Numbered from the stretch's first letter, positions 37,127 to 47,116 are shown. The stretch: 64,000 nucleotides of DNA from a virus (IMGVR_UViG_3300017766_004476:12413-76412); one strand, 5' to 3'. Made by a program: numbers and translations. The notes: generated by a model not told the origin, from the sequence alone.

Positions 37127-37417
37127 TTACCTTTGAATTTTCACTTGCATACTCCTAACCAACTTTAATCCTTCTGCTTCAATAATAACGTAGTCATGGC
37201 GCGAGTATTGAGAAGTTTCTTCCATAGCAACCCATTTGCCCATATCATCTTCATCAGCAAATACTATGTACTCAATCTTGGTATCATATCTCTCTGGATA
37301 TCCATGACCCGGGTTCGTCCGCGACCGCTCATCACCGGGTATAAAGATGCTACTAAAAATTATAGCAGCAAAGTGTTTGTGCTGAGGAATGTCTAATTTG
37401 TCACTAACATATTTCAT
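37127..37417 (-). CDS. hypothetical protein (96 aa)
   Basis: ORF. Confidence 0.45.
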   Translation of the reverse strand: MKYVSDKLDIPQHKHFAAIIFSSIFIPGDERSRTNPGHGYPERYDTKIEYIVFADEDDMGKWVAMEETSQYSRHDYVIIEAEGLKLVRSMQVKIQR

Positions 37418-37533
37418 AAAGGTTTTTATTATAGTGTTCTAATTGTCGAGCTTTTGTTCTAAGAGAGTTTCTTTTATAATATGAGTAGCGAGTGTGATTG
37501 AAAATTGAACTACTTAGAACAAATGCTATAAGG

Positions 37534-38547
37534 TTAAACTAAAATATTCTTTTCAATAGGCTGACCATGCATCCAGTGCTTAGTAGTTTGAACATGATTC
37601 TTTCTCACAAACTTTGCGACTGATTTATTAAAGTCTTTATAGAGAAAGGATGATGCTAATCTAACTACATACCCTTCCTTCTTTGAAGTATCCATACTCT
37701 CTGCTAATTCTTTAAGCTGCTTTTCATTCCATATACCTCTATAAAGAACTGGTACTGAAGTAATACCTAACAACTCAAACCACTCCTGAGTATCATTCCA
37801 ATCAAGACACATACTATAGTTCCATACTGAGAAGCCCATAAAGTATGTAGGTAGGGTATATCTTAAAGAATGAACTGCATAGAGATTCTCTCCGCAAACT
37901 CTATAGCCTTCTGGTATATCCGATTTAATACTTGACCAGAAGTTCTTAAGCCAATTGCGACTTGCATGATTACGACTATCAACTGACCGTGCATGAATGT
38001 AGTTGTTGTAGAGTGATGAGTTCTCACCATCCATCTTCTCAGTAACTACAATCTCTGTACCTAAGAAGTGATCGAGATTATGAGCCACTCTATCATCATC
38101 CGTTACATTACCCGACCAGGGAAGATGATATGTTCGCGGATACTTAACCCATGAGGTAAATGAACTCAATACTCCACCTTGCGCTAATATCTTCTGGACG
38201 CTCTCATCTTCAAACAACTCACCTCTCACTCGTGCACCAGATTCAAGAATTGGATTACCCCACTTATCATAAATCTGATCATCATACAAATGAGGAGGTA
38301 TAATCTTCTTGGTAATGCCACATGCTTCTCGAATCTGCTCAACCGACAGCTCAGTAGTCTCTGCTTGAATATGATGAAGACCGCACAATGTTGCACCATT
38401 AGAAAGGTAATAACCTCCATCAGGCCAGAGTCTCCTCTCTAGTATATGATGAGCATCTTGACCTGATGCATGACAAATCACACAGAGATGCTTATCTCTT
38501 TTAAAAACAGCATCTCGGAATTCATCTCGGGTTAAAAGCTTTTCCAT
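37534..38547 (-). CDS. RNA-ligase-family nucleotidyltransferase with N-terminal HNH-like zinc-finger module
   Basis: N-terminus is CVICH…HHILER…N…CGLHH (HNH-like). C-terminus carries motif I EKMDGEN, motif IV EGYVVR and motif V KFVRK. Confidence 0.6.
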   Translation of the reverse strand: MEKLLTRDEFRDAVFKRDKHLCVICHASGQDAHHILERRLWPDGGYYLSNGATLCGLHHIQAETTELSVEQIREACGITKKIIPPHLYDDQIYDKWGNPILESGARVRGELFEDESVQKILAQGGVLSSFTSWVKYPRTYHLPWSGNVTDDDRVAHNLDHFLGTEIVVTEKMDGENSSLYNNYIHARSVDSRNHASRNWLKNFWSSIKSDIPEGYRVCGENLYAVHSLRYTLPTYFMGFSVWNYSMCLDWNDTQEWFELLGITSVPVLYRGIWNEKQLKELAESMDTSKKEGYVVRLASSFLYKDFNKSVAKFVRKNHVQTTKHWMHGQPIEKNILV

Positions 38548-38650
38548 AATTACCTACACGATACACAAACACGGTTGTACTTAATAATGTCATCAAGCAA
38601 ACCTCTCCATCTACAGAGGCATTTAGGGCATTGAGTTTGAGTTAAGTACT

Positions 38651-38842
38651 TCATACAATACCTAATGTAGTTGCGATGATAGCATAGATAAAGGAGAGTG
38701 CAATCATAGCAAGACAGGTAACTACTAACAACCACAGAGCAAGAAAGATCGTTGCGAGGATACCATAAAACCAGCTGATTGTCCAGATATCGCAATATCT
38801 AACCCATTGATAGTGAATTTCTAGTTTAAGCCACTTAATCAT
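38651..38842 (-). CDS. small membrane protein (63 aa, 2 TM)
   Basis: Hydrophobic. Overlaps the alternative Cys-rich ORF 38550..38795. Confidence 0.4.
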   Translation of the reverse strand: MIKWLKLEIHYQWVRYCDIWTISWFYGILATIFLALWLLVVTCLAMIALSFIYAIIATTLGIV

Positions 38843-39120
38843 ATAGACCTCGACTTTCTTTGATCAACAGGAATTGAGGATGTGTGTTGACCAAAGAGCA
38901 TTTTTTCAAGATGATATTGATCATCAGCATGAGGCTTTACCCCTAAAGAGACTGATTCTCCATAAGGTATTACTCGCTTATCCTCCCAGTCGATTGATAC
39001 AAAGCCCGCACCGATTACCTTTTTACCTCTTACAGTGTGTGCATGCTCTGCATGTTCTGGAAAGATTAACGGTACAGTAAGTCCAAACTCTCCTTCTATT
39101 GTCACATATTTAAGTCTCAT
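38839..39120 (-). CDS. hypothetical protein (93 aa)
   Basis: ORF. Confidence 0.45.
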   Translation of the reverse strand: MRLKYVTIEGEFGLTVPLIFPEHAEHAHTVRGKKVIGAGFVSIDWEDKRVIPYGESVSLGVKPHADDQYHLEKMLFGQHTSSIPVDQRKSRSI

Positions 39121-39673
39121 AAGCGTATAAATTCTTTAGGTAGTCTCCATATTCATTACGGAGCTTGGCACGAATATTACAAAGTCGTACCTTAATGGTA
39201 TTAGGAGTAGTGTTAATTCTCTGTGCAATCTCCTTAATAGGCACCTCATCAATATAAAACCAAGTAAAGATATCTCTATATTGATGCGGAAGAAGGTTGA
39301 TTATTGGTTCAATACCTAATTCTGAAACATATTGATCTTCAGCTATCATTGAAGATATTTCATTACGTGCAGATAATCCGAGCTCATCATCATCGATATA
39401 AACTTTATTTACCTCTCGGTAAGGCATAGGGCAGCGGAAGAGAGTATCAACAATCTTCCGTTTTGCTGCTACGATAAGCCACCGATGAACTGCATCTGAG
39501 TTGTGAGATTTGAGTTTAGTAAAGGAGTTGTAGAGAGAGATAAAGACATCTTGAACAATATCTTCTACATTAATAGTACCTCGCGGGCACTTGGTATAAA
39601 TGTAGTTTCGAATAGTATTTACCTCTTTAAGGTAAACTTGTTCAAACATTTCATTTATTTGTTCTTGATGCAT
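39110..39673 (-). CDS. sigma-70 family (ECF-like) RNA polymerase sigma factor
   Basis: Region-2-like DIVQDVFISLY and region-4 HTH VPIKEIAQRINTTPNTIKVRLCNIRAKLR. Confidence 0.65.
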   Translation of the reverse strand: MHQEQINEMFEQVYLKEVNTIRNYIYTKCPRGTINVEDIVQDVFISLYNSFTKLKSHNSDAVHRWLIVAAKRKIVDTLFRCPMPYREVNKVYIDDDELGLSARNEISSMIAEDQYVSELGIEPIINLLPHQYRDIFTWFYIDEVPIKEIAQRINTTPNTIKVRLCNIRAKLRNEYGDYLKNLYAYET

Positions 39674-39715
39674 TGTGTGTAATATAAATCAATCACACAG
39701 AAAGTGCAAATGGTA

Positions 39716-39943
39716 TTACATGTCTTCCAACAAAAGTTCTTCCACCCGCTCCATGATTTCATCAAATTGATCATCAGGATGGAGGTTGAATTCTGCAGCT
39801 AAGTCACTCAGATTATCTTGGAGATACTCTGATGCGATGCGTTCATCTTGAGTATGAGGCTTACGATAGATTTCTTCAAGAGTGCGCTCTTGATCGAAGA
39901 GAGTCTGGGTTACAGACTCAGGGATGTATTTGCTAAGATTCAT
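39716..39943 (-). CDS. acidic small protein (75 aa)
   Basis: ORF. Confidence 0.4.
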   Translation of the reverse strand: MNLSKYIPESVTQTLFDQERTLEEIYRKPHTQDERIASEYLQDNLSDLAAEFNLHPDDQFDEIMERVEELLLEDM

Positions 39944-39949
39944 AAATTT

Positions 39950-40243
39950 TTACAAAGGATATGGGACGTTATATTCTGCTAGAATATCTTTAAGAGACTC
40001 ATGATATTCTTTCTTTACCTTTTCGAGTTGGGTGTTACGCTCCCGCTCTAGTTGATTAAGTTCTTTGAGAAGTGCAATACCAAGTTCTTTTGAAACAAGC
40101 TTACAAGGTTCAAATGAGTTTCCTACACCATATTCTTTTGTTTCAACAAAGCGATCCTTAGGACCACAGAACTTTGTAACAGTACCGCCTAAGAAGTAAG
40201 GAAACTTATCATATTCCCAAAATGCAAAAAGTTGTTGTTTCAT
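39950..40243 (-). CDS. hypothetical protein (97 aa)
   Basis: ORF. Confidence 0.45.
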   Translation of the reverse strand: MKQQLFAFWEYDKFPYFLGGTVTKFCGPKDRFVETKEYGVGNSFEPCKLVSKELGIALLKELNQLERERNTQLEKVKKEYHESLKDILAEYNVPYPL

Positions 40244-40602
40244 ATTTTTTCCCGTCTCATTTTAAAGTGACCTGTTCCATGAGTCTTATCCATTGCAGCT
40301 CTCAATTTATTAAACGATCTCATCACAACTGCTTTATCTCTATGAACGAAAACTCCTTTATAATTTTTAGGATTAGTACCGAATACAACTTCCCATCTCT
40401 GAACTTTGTATTGAGTTACAGTTAAATGTTTTGCTGTTCTTATCCTCTTAACAGAGGCTGTTATAAGGCTAACTGGTAGTCTTAAATTAAGAGCTATTTG
40501 ATTTGTAGTCTTACCATTTTTGAGCATTCTCCATACATCAATGTCTAACAACTTCAATCCTTTATATTGACCGGTTGCAGAGAATTGATGTATTGGTTGC
40601 AT
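40240..40602 (-). CDS. HTH DNA-binding protein (LuxR/sigma-region-4-like helix-turn-helix)
   Basis: TNQIALNLRLPVSLITASVKRI. Confidence 0.45.
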   Translation of the reverse strand: MQPIHQFSATGQYKGLKLLDIDVWRMLKNGKTTNQIALNLRLPVSLITASVKRIRTAKHLTVTQYKVQRWEVVFGTNPKNYKGVFVHRDKAVVMRSFNKLRAAMDKTHGTGHFKMRREKI

Positions 40603-40714
40603 AAAAGTTATTGAAGGGTAAGTGATAATTCAGTTATTCACTTGTGATTGGTCGTCCGTTTTCTCTATAAACTATTACCCTTCGAGCGGTCTGTTTGTTT
40701 TTGCCAACCGAGGA

Positions 40715-40990
40715 TTACTCCTCAGATTTTTTTAAAGTCGGTACTAATACCATCTCATTTTCTTCATCCTTGATGATACTCCAATTATATCGATCAGACA
40801 ACCAAAAGCCTAATCCTTTAAAAGAACCATCACCACGAATCTGAATTGTAGTCAAATTATTAATCTTTATTTGTTCTGCGGCACTAGGTTCCTTGACCGT
40901 GTTAAATAATAGATCGCTCTTCTCAAATTCAACAAAGGATGTCTTTGCCGCTGGTGGCTTAATTCTACCTTTTTTATATTCAACTTTCAT
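40715..40990 (-). CDS. hypothetical protein (91 aa)
   Basis: ORF. Confidence 0.4.
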   Translation of the reverse strand: MKVEYKKGRIKPPAAKTSFVEFEKSDLLFNTVKEPSAAEQIKINNLTTIQIRGDGSFKGLGFWLSDRYNWSIIKDEENEMVLVPTLKKSEE

Positions 40991-41032
40991 ATGTGAATAA
41001 TATAAAAAATCGTAGGTAATTCAATGTTAAAT

Positions 41033-41431
41033 TTAGCTCTCTTCGACTCTATCACTATCTCCGGTCTGAAGACTATGCTCATGACGCTCAACCTCATTTT
41101 CAGGAAAAGGTCCTGCGTCAGACATTGCATCTGAAATAATAGCAGCTAATTCTTCCGGATCACGGCTCTTAAGATCTAAGCCTTCAATAGGGTATTCAAT
41201 ACCATACTGACGATGTTTGTAGGTTATATCTGCAGTTAATTCGTGCGTTGCAGGAATATAGTCGACATCGACTAAGACCACATAATCATCAAGTTCGTCA
41301 TCATAAACGACACGATTCTTCTTTACACTGCTCGTTCTCCAATTGTGGCTGCTGATCTTAAGTGCAGCAAGCACGGGACGAATGTGAATAGGAATCTGTG
41401 TGTCATTAAATGCTTCGGTAATAGTTGCCAT
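41033..41431 (-). CDS. hypothetical protein (132 aa)
   Basis: ORF. Confidence 0.5.
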   Translation of the reverse strand: MATITEAFNDTQIPIHIRPVLAALKISSHNWRTSSVKKNRVVYDDELDDYVVLVDVDYIPATHELTADITYKHRQYGIEYPIEGLDLKSRDPEELAAIISDAMSDAGPFPENEVERHEHSLQTGDSDRVEES

Positions 41432-41602
41432 AGTAATATTTATTAAGACATTAACTCAGCTACTTCTTCTCTAGTAAAGTAATCCCATATTGGGTGAGAT
41501 GCTATCATAATCTCTGCGCAAGGGTTCCCCTCAATAGTTGGTGTGAAGTACACACAGAACAACCCTTTGTTAGAGATATGTGGAATAATATGAATGTAGT
41601 TC

Positions 41603-41911
41603 TTAGGCATTGACTTCTACTTGTTGAGAGATGATATACTTAGACATATTTGAGATGTCATAGTATGTTGTCTTAAGAGTGTCAGAGTCAAAGTTATCAA
41701 CCTGATGAAGAGAGATACCCACTTCACGGAGAGCTTCTGCAGCAGAGAGCTTATATTGCCGCTCTGAGAAGTACACTGTTGCCTTGATCTTAGCAATTAC
41801 ATCCCTGAGATAATCAGAAGAGGTGTAGTGAATCGGATGATATGATTCAGGAAGCTCTGCAATCAATTCATCTTCAGTATCAACTTGAATTAAGCTAAAT
41901 TTCTTTTGCAT
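41603..41911 (-). CDS. hypothetical protein (~102 aa)
   Basis: Internal start reduces the overlap with the upstream gene. Confidence 0.4.
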   Translation of the reverse strand: MQKKFSLIQVDTEDELIAELPESYHPIHYTSSDYLRDVIAKIKATVYFSERQYKLSAAEALREVGISLHQVDNFDSDTLKTTYYDISNMSKYIISQQVEVNA

Positions 41912-41918
41912 ATACGTA

Positions 41919-42572
41919 TTAGGCTTCAGATTTGTCTTCGATGCTCTCAGTAATGAGTGCATCTGCAGCTTCACGCTGACTCGAATACTCTCCTGAGTCA
42001 ACCAGAGATTGAATCAGCAACTTCGTCTCTTTAGACACCTGCACGAAGTGAAGCTTCTTATAGCTTCCTGCAGGGTTGACCGTACGCTCGATACCGAATG
42101 AGGTGATGTTATGGTCTGTAATGAACTTATCCACAACAGCTTTTGCACGCTCTCCCAGAGCGGTATGCGCATAACCCCGCGGCTTCATCTTGGTAACGGT
42201 CAATCCAAACTCTTCAGCCTTCTTCTTGAAGTGCTTGTTATGATACTGTGCTGCATTGCAATCCTCGATACCTACGCTCCAATTGGCTAAGTGCGCCATC
42301 TCGTGGATTAAAGTCTCAAAGACCTCTTCCGGAGTACGTGTAAGAGTCTCTGCACAAATACAGATCTCATCAACCACATCAACGCTGGACTTATCATCAG
42401 ATAAGGACTTCCAACGCGCTTTGCTATACCATCCCAGCGTACCATTCTTACGGCCTCGTGAGAGGATGGTAATGATCGGCATCTTCAAACTCTCACTGCA
42501 GAGTTCTTTATTGAAGTGCTCAAAGGCCTTCGAAAGGGTTTCAACGATTTGTGCAATTTTGGTCGCATTCAT
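41919..42572 (-). CDS. SprT-like zinc metallopeptidase (HEMAH) with RHH-like C-terminus
   Basis: LIHEMAHL HExxH motif. Confidence 0.5.
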   Translation of the reverse strand: MNATKIAQIVETLSKAFEHFNKELCSESLKMPIITILSRGRKNGTLGWYSKARWKSLSDDKSSVDVVDEICICAETLTRTPEEVFETLIHEMAHLANWSVGIEDCNAAQYHNKHFKKKAEEFGLTVTKMKPRGYAHTALGERAKAVVDKFITDHNITSFGIERTVNPAGSYKKLHFVQVSKETKLLIQSLVDSGEYSSQREAADALITESIEDKSEA

Positions 42573-42615
42573 ACAAAGAGAATAGTAGGTAGATGGATGT
42601 TAATCAAACAAATTT

Positions 42616-43020
42616 TTAGCTATCTTTCATGGGTTGAACATCAAGTAAATCTTTAACACTCATCTCAGGAAATGTTTTGTTAAATATGGGTAATGTTATC
42701 TTACCAAACACTCTCGGATCGTTTAACCGTTCTATCTGCTTTTTAATATATTCATTTTCTTCGTTGAGATCTGGGAGAAGCTTATGTTCGTGTACATAGA
42801 TTGGACGCCACTTCTGAAGAGAATGGTCCCATACCCGAACCCATTCTCGAGGGTGATATTGACTCTTCTCGTAGACATTTTTCGGGTCAATACCTTCCTT
42901 TTCAATTCTAAACCAGGATGTAGGTCCGAACCCACCCCACTTTCCATCCATCACATGATAAGGATTTACTTCATCGAGGCTACAGGTACCTCCATACTTA
43001 AATGCATAAGGAAAATTCAT
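42616..43020 (-). CDS. hypothetical protein (134 aa)
   Basis: ORF. Confidence 0.5.
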   Translation of the reverse strand: MNFPYAFKYGGTCSLDEVNPYHVMDGKWGGFGPTSWFRIEKEGIDPKNVYEKSQYHPREWVRVWDHSLQKWRPIYVHEHKLLPDLNEENEYIKKQIERLNDPRVFGKITLPIFNKTFPEMSVKDLLDVQPMKDS

Positions 43021-43108
43021 AATGTATTCAGTAATCTACCGATAATTAACAAAAACGATGCAATCAATAACACCCATGTAACAATAATGACTATTCGTTC
43101 TTTCATAT

Positions 43109-43606
43109 CTAGCGCATGTGTTTTAATACTTCAGAGAGAGTGAACATTGGATAAGCTATTACACACCTTCCAAAGTCTTCAATATTTTGAGGTATTAAGT
43201 TAAGTAATTTATTGTGTTCAATAACTCTTCCTCCATCTACAGCTTTGGTATGATGTACTTGGGCACAGAAATGTCCAGGAAGAACTCTCCGACAAAATTC
43301 TGCCATCACCACTGAGCGATTCACTCCCCCATGACAAGTCATAAGAATTACCGATTCATGCGGCTCTATGCGTTCTGCAAGATCAAGAATATTATGGAGT
43401 ACGAAGTAGAAAGGAGCATATCCCCACGGAGCATTTTCATCAATCGGAAACCATTTATACTTAATACCTATTGAAGGGATATGCTCTGCAGCGATACAGC
43501 TATCACCGAAGAAAAATACTAAATCTACGATGTTAAAGTCATCGACAGCTTTAGTGCTGATGCTTGGAAGAAGAATGTCTGCAATAGGTAGTGTCTTAAA
43601 GATCAT
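43109..43606 (-). CDS. dual-specificity/tyrosine phosphatase-like protein
   Basis: CX5R P-loop VILMTCHGGVNRS. Confidence 0.6.
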   Translation of the reverse strand: MIFKTLPIADILLPSISTKAVDDFNIVDLVFFFGDSCIAAEHIPSIGIKYKWFPIDENAPWGYAPFYFVLHNILDLAERIEPHESVILMTCHGGVNRSVVMAEFCRRVLPGHFCAQVHHTKAVDGGRVIEHNKLLNLIPQNIEDFGRCVIAYPMFTLSEVLKHMR

Positions 43607-43971
43607 TCTGCATCCTCTTCCCATGTGAGAATTGTACCTGTGACAAATTTATGCCGCATGCTAGAGCACCACTCTCGTGCAACCTCTTCTGTTTTAGCCT
43701 TGTCACTATAAACATCAGTCCCCTTTTTAGGGATGTAGAGAAAGACGTATGTACTCTTTTTTACCTGCGCTAAAAGAAGATCTTCATCGGATATTCTATC
43801 TTTCCACATTTGGCCGCCTTCAGAGTAGTGATGAGGATGTTTATCGACAATTGCAATTACCCTGTGACCAGCTTCACACTCTGGTAAATGAGCAATAAGC
43901 TTTGCTGGTCTACCATCTCTCGTCACCAACGGTGCACCCGCCATTGCCTTCTTTAGGTCAAACGGCTTCAC
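43603..43971 (-). CDS. hypothetical protein (122 aa)
   Basis: ORF. Confidence 0.5.
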   Translation of the reverse strand: MKPFDLKKAMAGAPLVTRDGRPAKLIAHLPECEAGHRVIAIVDKHPHHYSEGGQMWKDRISDEDLLLAQVKKSTYVFLYIPKKGTDVYSDKAKTEEVAREWCSSMRHKFVTGTILTWEEDAE

Positions 43972-44207
43972 TTTGTACCTCCTTCACTGATGACAAAAAA
44001 CTGAATCACTTTGTAGTGATGATATTCCTCATAGTCGCGGATGTATGACTGTGCTGCATCCTTTGTCTCATACACCCGCTCATATGTTTGAAGCGTTGAG
44101 TCATGCGGAACGATGGCATACTTGACGTGAACTCGAGATGAGATGAAGTATGCAATTACTCCGATGAGTGCACATACACATAAATGAATGATGTTATTCC
44201 GTTTCAT
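43968..44207 (-). CDS. small membrane protein (79 aa)
   Basis: ORF. Confidence 0.45.
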   Translation of the reverse strand: MKRNNIIHLCVCALIGVIAYFISSRVHVKYAIVPHDSTLQTYERVYETKDAAQSYIRDYEEYHHYKVIQFFVISEGGTK

Positions 44208-44435
44208 ATTACTTCTTTTTAGTTAAATGGGGATGAATCCAGAGAGCATAGAAAATTATTGCAAGAGTAATTAAGGTCAGAATGCCGAGATGTTGGTAAA
44301 GCCAAGGAAACAGCTTCTCTTGAAGAAACCAATCAGCATTGGCTTCATTCTGACTGCGATATACTACAATTGAACCGTTTTCTTTCATACGAGAAATATA
44401 TGAATTATCATTAGGTAGTTCAAGGACCTATTTTG

Positions 44436-45146
44436 TTAATTATCAAGGAGATCGAAGAGTGCAAGTTCAAAGGAAGCTTTCTTTGTAAAGACCTGAATAT
44501 ATTTCTTATCAATCATTTGCTCACGAAAGAGATGAACTTGCGTCAATACATCATCCGTGCGTATATAGCCGGGCTCAATATAAATTAAAATGTCACAATT
44601 ACGCAATCCTGGAGAACCCTCCCAGTAATTCTTGACGCGCTCTAATGTCCCCCCTAACTCGAATAAGGTAATCGGGCATACAGTCTCTTTACAGAAGTAA
44701 AATGTAACAATACGAACCTGACGCAAAGCATTAAACTCCCACTTTATCTGCTCTTCAGTCATCGCTTTATTAGAGATATCAAAGTCATCACGGCGGGGGT
44801 TGATGAGGGTTACCGGTTTGGTATCCCATTTGTGAATTTCTGCTATTAGATCACTTTGCCAATCGTTACAGTTCGAAATCCCCCCTGCAAGAAAAATTGA
44901 CCGAGCGTGAAGCTTTCTATCGAGCTGAACGGCGCCAGGTGGAGTAATTACATTATGATACATAATTTTACAGTTTGAATTTACAACAGAAGCACCTACT
45001 TTTTTGACATTATGCCTGTTGAGGTTACTTGCAAGTAACCCCTTAAACTTCTGAATTGAATGATTCAGGGCTGCAGTCTTTCCTTTTTTAACCGCCTGTG
45101 CAGCTGTAATAGGGTAAAATTCTTCTAACCATGTTTTAAGGCTCAT
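44436..45146 (-). CDS. nucleoside 2-deoxyribosyltransferase-like (Rcl/DNPH1-fold) protein
   Basis: IFLAGG…NP…RIVTFYFCKETVCPITLFELGGTLE pattern typical of the family. Confidence 0.5.
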   Translation of the reverse strand: MSLKTWLEEFYPITAAQAVKKGKTAALNHSIQKFKGLLASNLNRHNVKKVGASVVNSNCKIMYHNVITPPGAVQLDRKLHARSIFLAGGISNCNDWQSDLIAEIHKWDTKPVTLINPRRDDFDISNKAMTEEQIKWEFNALRQVRIVTFYFCKETVCPITLFELGGTLERVKNYWEGSPGLRNCDILIYIEPGYIRTDDVLTQVHLFREQMIDKKYIQVFTKKASFELALFDLLDN

Positions 45147-45184
45147 ATGAATATATTAGTGATTCTAAAGAAATACGCAAATTT

Positions 45185-45676
45185 TTATGTGGCCCAATAC
45201 TCCCGTATCTTCATGAGGATTTCACCTAACTTATTCTCACCTTTACCTCTACATACTCCCCAGTATACATCTCCCCAATAATTTGTTTCTTCGAGATATG
45301 CATCTCCCGTCTGAAGGAGCGCTTGTCTGATGTCAGTATTATGGTAGAATTTACTGAATACAATTTGTGACATTATATCATACTTCTTTCTATCCCATTC
45401 TTCAGGAGTATAGAGATTATCACCTTGAGCGAGAAATATTTTAATTTTCTTCTTAGATTCACCCGGTGTATATTTCTGAAAATTCATCCGAAAGAATCCC
45501 GGCTTAAGCTTTGCAGCTTGATATGCACACTCAGAAGAAGGAAAGAGATCGCCTTCAAACCACACCGGCGCAATATAAAAATTGCTTAAGAAGAAGTAAC
45601 CAGAGCTCGGAGAGAACCCTTTAATGGGGTCTGGTTCCTCTATAAATTGAGAGAATCTATCATCTAATCTATTCAT
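45185..45676 (-). CDS. NADAR (YbiA/DUF1768) domain protein
   Basis: FLSNFY…FPSSECAYQAAK…WG…GENKLGEIL signature. Confidence 0.7.
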   Translation of the reverse strand: MNRLDDRFSQFIEEPDPIKGFSPSSGYFFLSNFYIAPVWFEGDLFPSSECAYQAAKLKPGFFRMNFQKYTPGESKKKIKIFLAQGDNLYTPEEWDRKKYDIMSQIVFSKFYHNTDIRQALLQTGDAYLEETNYWGDVYWGVCRGKGENKLGEILMKIREYWAT

Positions 45677-45677
45677 A

Positions 45678-45947
45678 TTAACAAAGTACTAAACCATTTC
45701 TGCTTATATAGTCAACAACTTGATAAAAGCCTCTCAATACTGTAGGCTCTACCCCTTCTTTATTAACAGACTCAGTAGAGTTAAAGATAAGTACTACAAC
45801 ATTATTCCCTTTATAGTACTTTTTAAAAAGTGATGATTTTGGTTCTGCAATGTAGTATCCTATATTCTCATATGAGAGATAGTCTTTAATTAGAGTAGCA
45901 GTCTCCTTTTCACGCCCAAAATTTAAGGATAGTACGTATGCAATCAT
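45678..45947 (-). CDS. hypothetical protein (89 aa)
   Basis: ORF. Confidence 0.45.
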   Translation of the reverse strand: MIAYVLSLNFGREKETATLIKDYLSYENIGYYIAEPKSSLFKKYYKGNNVVVLIFNSTESVNKEGVEPTVLRGFYQVVDYISRNGLVLC

Positions 45948-46378
45948 TTAATTAGCCCTCTCTGAATAAGGTGATAGATAGTAAACCAATCCTCTTCTCC
46001 ATTAAAGCCTGCCTTATCATCAAGGAGAACATTGAAGTAAAACTTATGAGAGAAGTCACATAGTTCAGTATTAGGGCAATCAGGATTCTGATTGATGTAG
46101 TGAAATGCTAAATCAAACCTTTCAAGCGCACCTTTAATAGCGTCGGGGTGGCTTGATGTCCAGAGAATGGATTTATGTTCCTGACACTGGAGAAGATGCG
46201 CAAGGCAGAACTGCGCGTATGGATAGACTGTTGCACCTTCATTGTTGCGGTTATACTTACCGGTAATGATGGTATCATGCAAATCAATAGCCCAAAAGAT
46301 GTGTGTCCAATCAGGACGTCTACGCTTTTGCTCTAATACCTTTAAGATATGTCTCTTTAGATGCTCATTGATTTGCAT
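45944..46378 (-). CDS. hypothetical protein (144 aa)
   Basis: ORF. Weak HAD-like DLHDT. Confidence 0.5.
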   Translation of the reverse strand: MQINEHLKRHILKVLEQKRRRPDWTHIFWAIDLHDTIITGKYNRNNEGATVYPYAQFCLAHLLQCQEHKSILWTSSHPDAIKGALERFDLAFHYINQNPDCPNTELCDFSHKFYFNVLLDDKAGFNGEEDWFTIYHLIQRGLIK

Positions 46379-46622
46379 ATAGATATAATAGTGTATCTTT
46401 GAAGTATATCAATTTTATTCTTTGAGGGGATAAGCTTCTTTAAAGTCACCAACATCGCAATTCCACAATGCTAAATATTTACCATTCATACACATTGCAA
46501 CAGGCCCTGGTTCATCTTTAATTTTACCTATAGCATATACTTCGCATACAGTGCTACTGTCAGGAATCCAAAAGATTTTACATCCCGGCTTCTTCAGAGC
46601 GGCTTTAAGTATTTCAATTTCT

Positions 46623-47111
46623 TCATCGCTCATCTTTATCTATCTCCTTAAGAAGCTTTACTGCTCTATCATATGCCTCACAATGAGCACACTCACAGGG
46701 TCCCATAGTGGGTGAAGTACCATGAGGGCGCTGACCTTCTGCAATTAGGTGCTCAAGTGCATCCTCAAGCTTATTCTTTTTACAGGTTACCTGATTAATG
46801 TAACCTATTACATCACTCTTTATCTCGAAGTGTCTCAATATTGCATGATATGCATCTGCAAAAGGACGAACTCGAGTAATCTCATCACGCAACTCTTTCC
46901 GAGTTACCTTATGTACATCGGGTATATGTACGAGTGCAAGTTGAAAATTATCACCACACCGAGCACATGTACCCTTTACCTCTCCATGGCACCTTCCAAT
47001 ACCATCAATACCTCCGATGTGAAGAGTTCCATATTTCTGTCCTGGTGAAAACCATCCACCCGGTGCATAAGTTGGTGGCTTATGACCAAACAATACACAG
47101 AGAATACTCAT
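46623..47111 (-). CDS. Cys-rich hypothetical protein (162 aa)
   Basis: ORF. Confidence 0.5.
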   Translation of the reverse strand: MSILCVLFGHKPPTYAPGGWFSPGQKYGTLHIGGIDGIGRCHGEVKGTCARCGDNFQLALVHIPDVHKVTRKELRDEITRVRPFADAYHAILRHFEIKSDVIGYINQVTCKKNKLEDALEHLIAEGQRPHGTSPTMGPCECAHCEAYDRAVKLLKEIDKDER

Positions 47112-47116
47112 ACAAC

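Noticed and set aside
38550-38795. Cys-rich 81-aa ORF
   Set aside because: It overlaps the more convincing 63-aa membrane-protein ORF (38651..38842) in another frame. It is kept only as an alternative.
39110-39673. Calling the sigma factor a T4 gp55 ortholog
   Set aside because: The protein has a region-4 HTH typical of ECF sigmas, which gp55 lacks.
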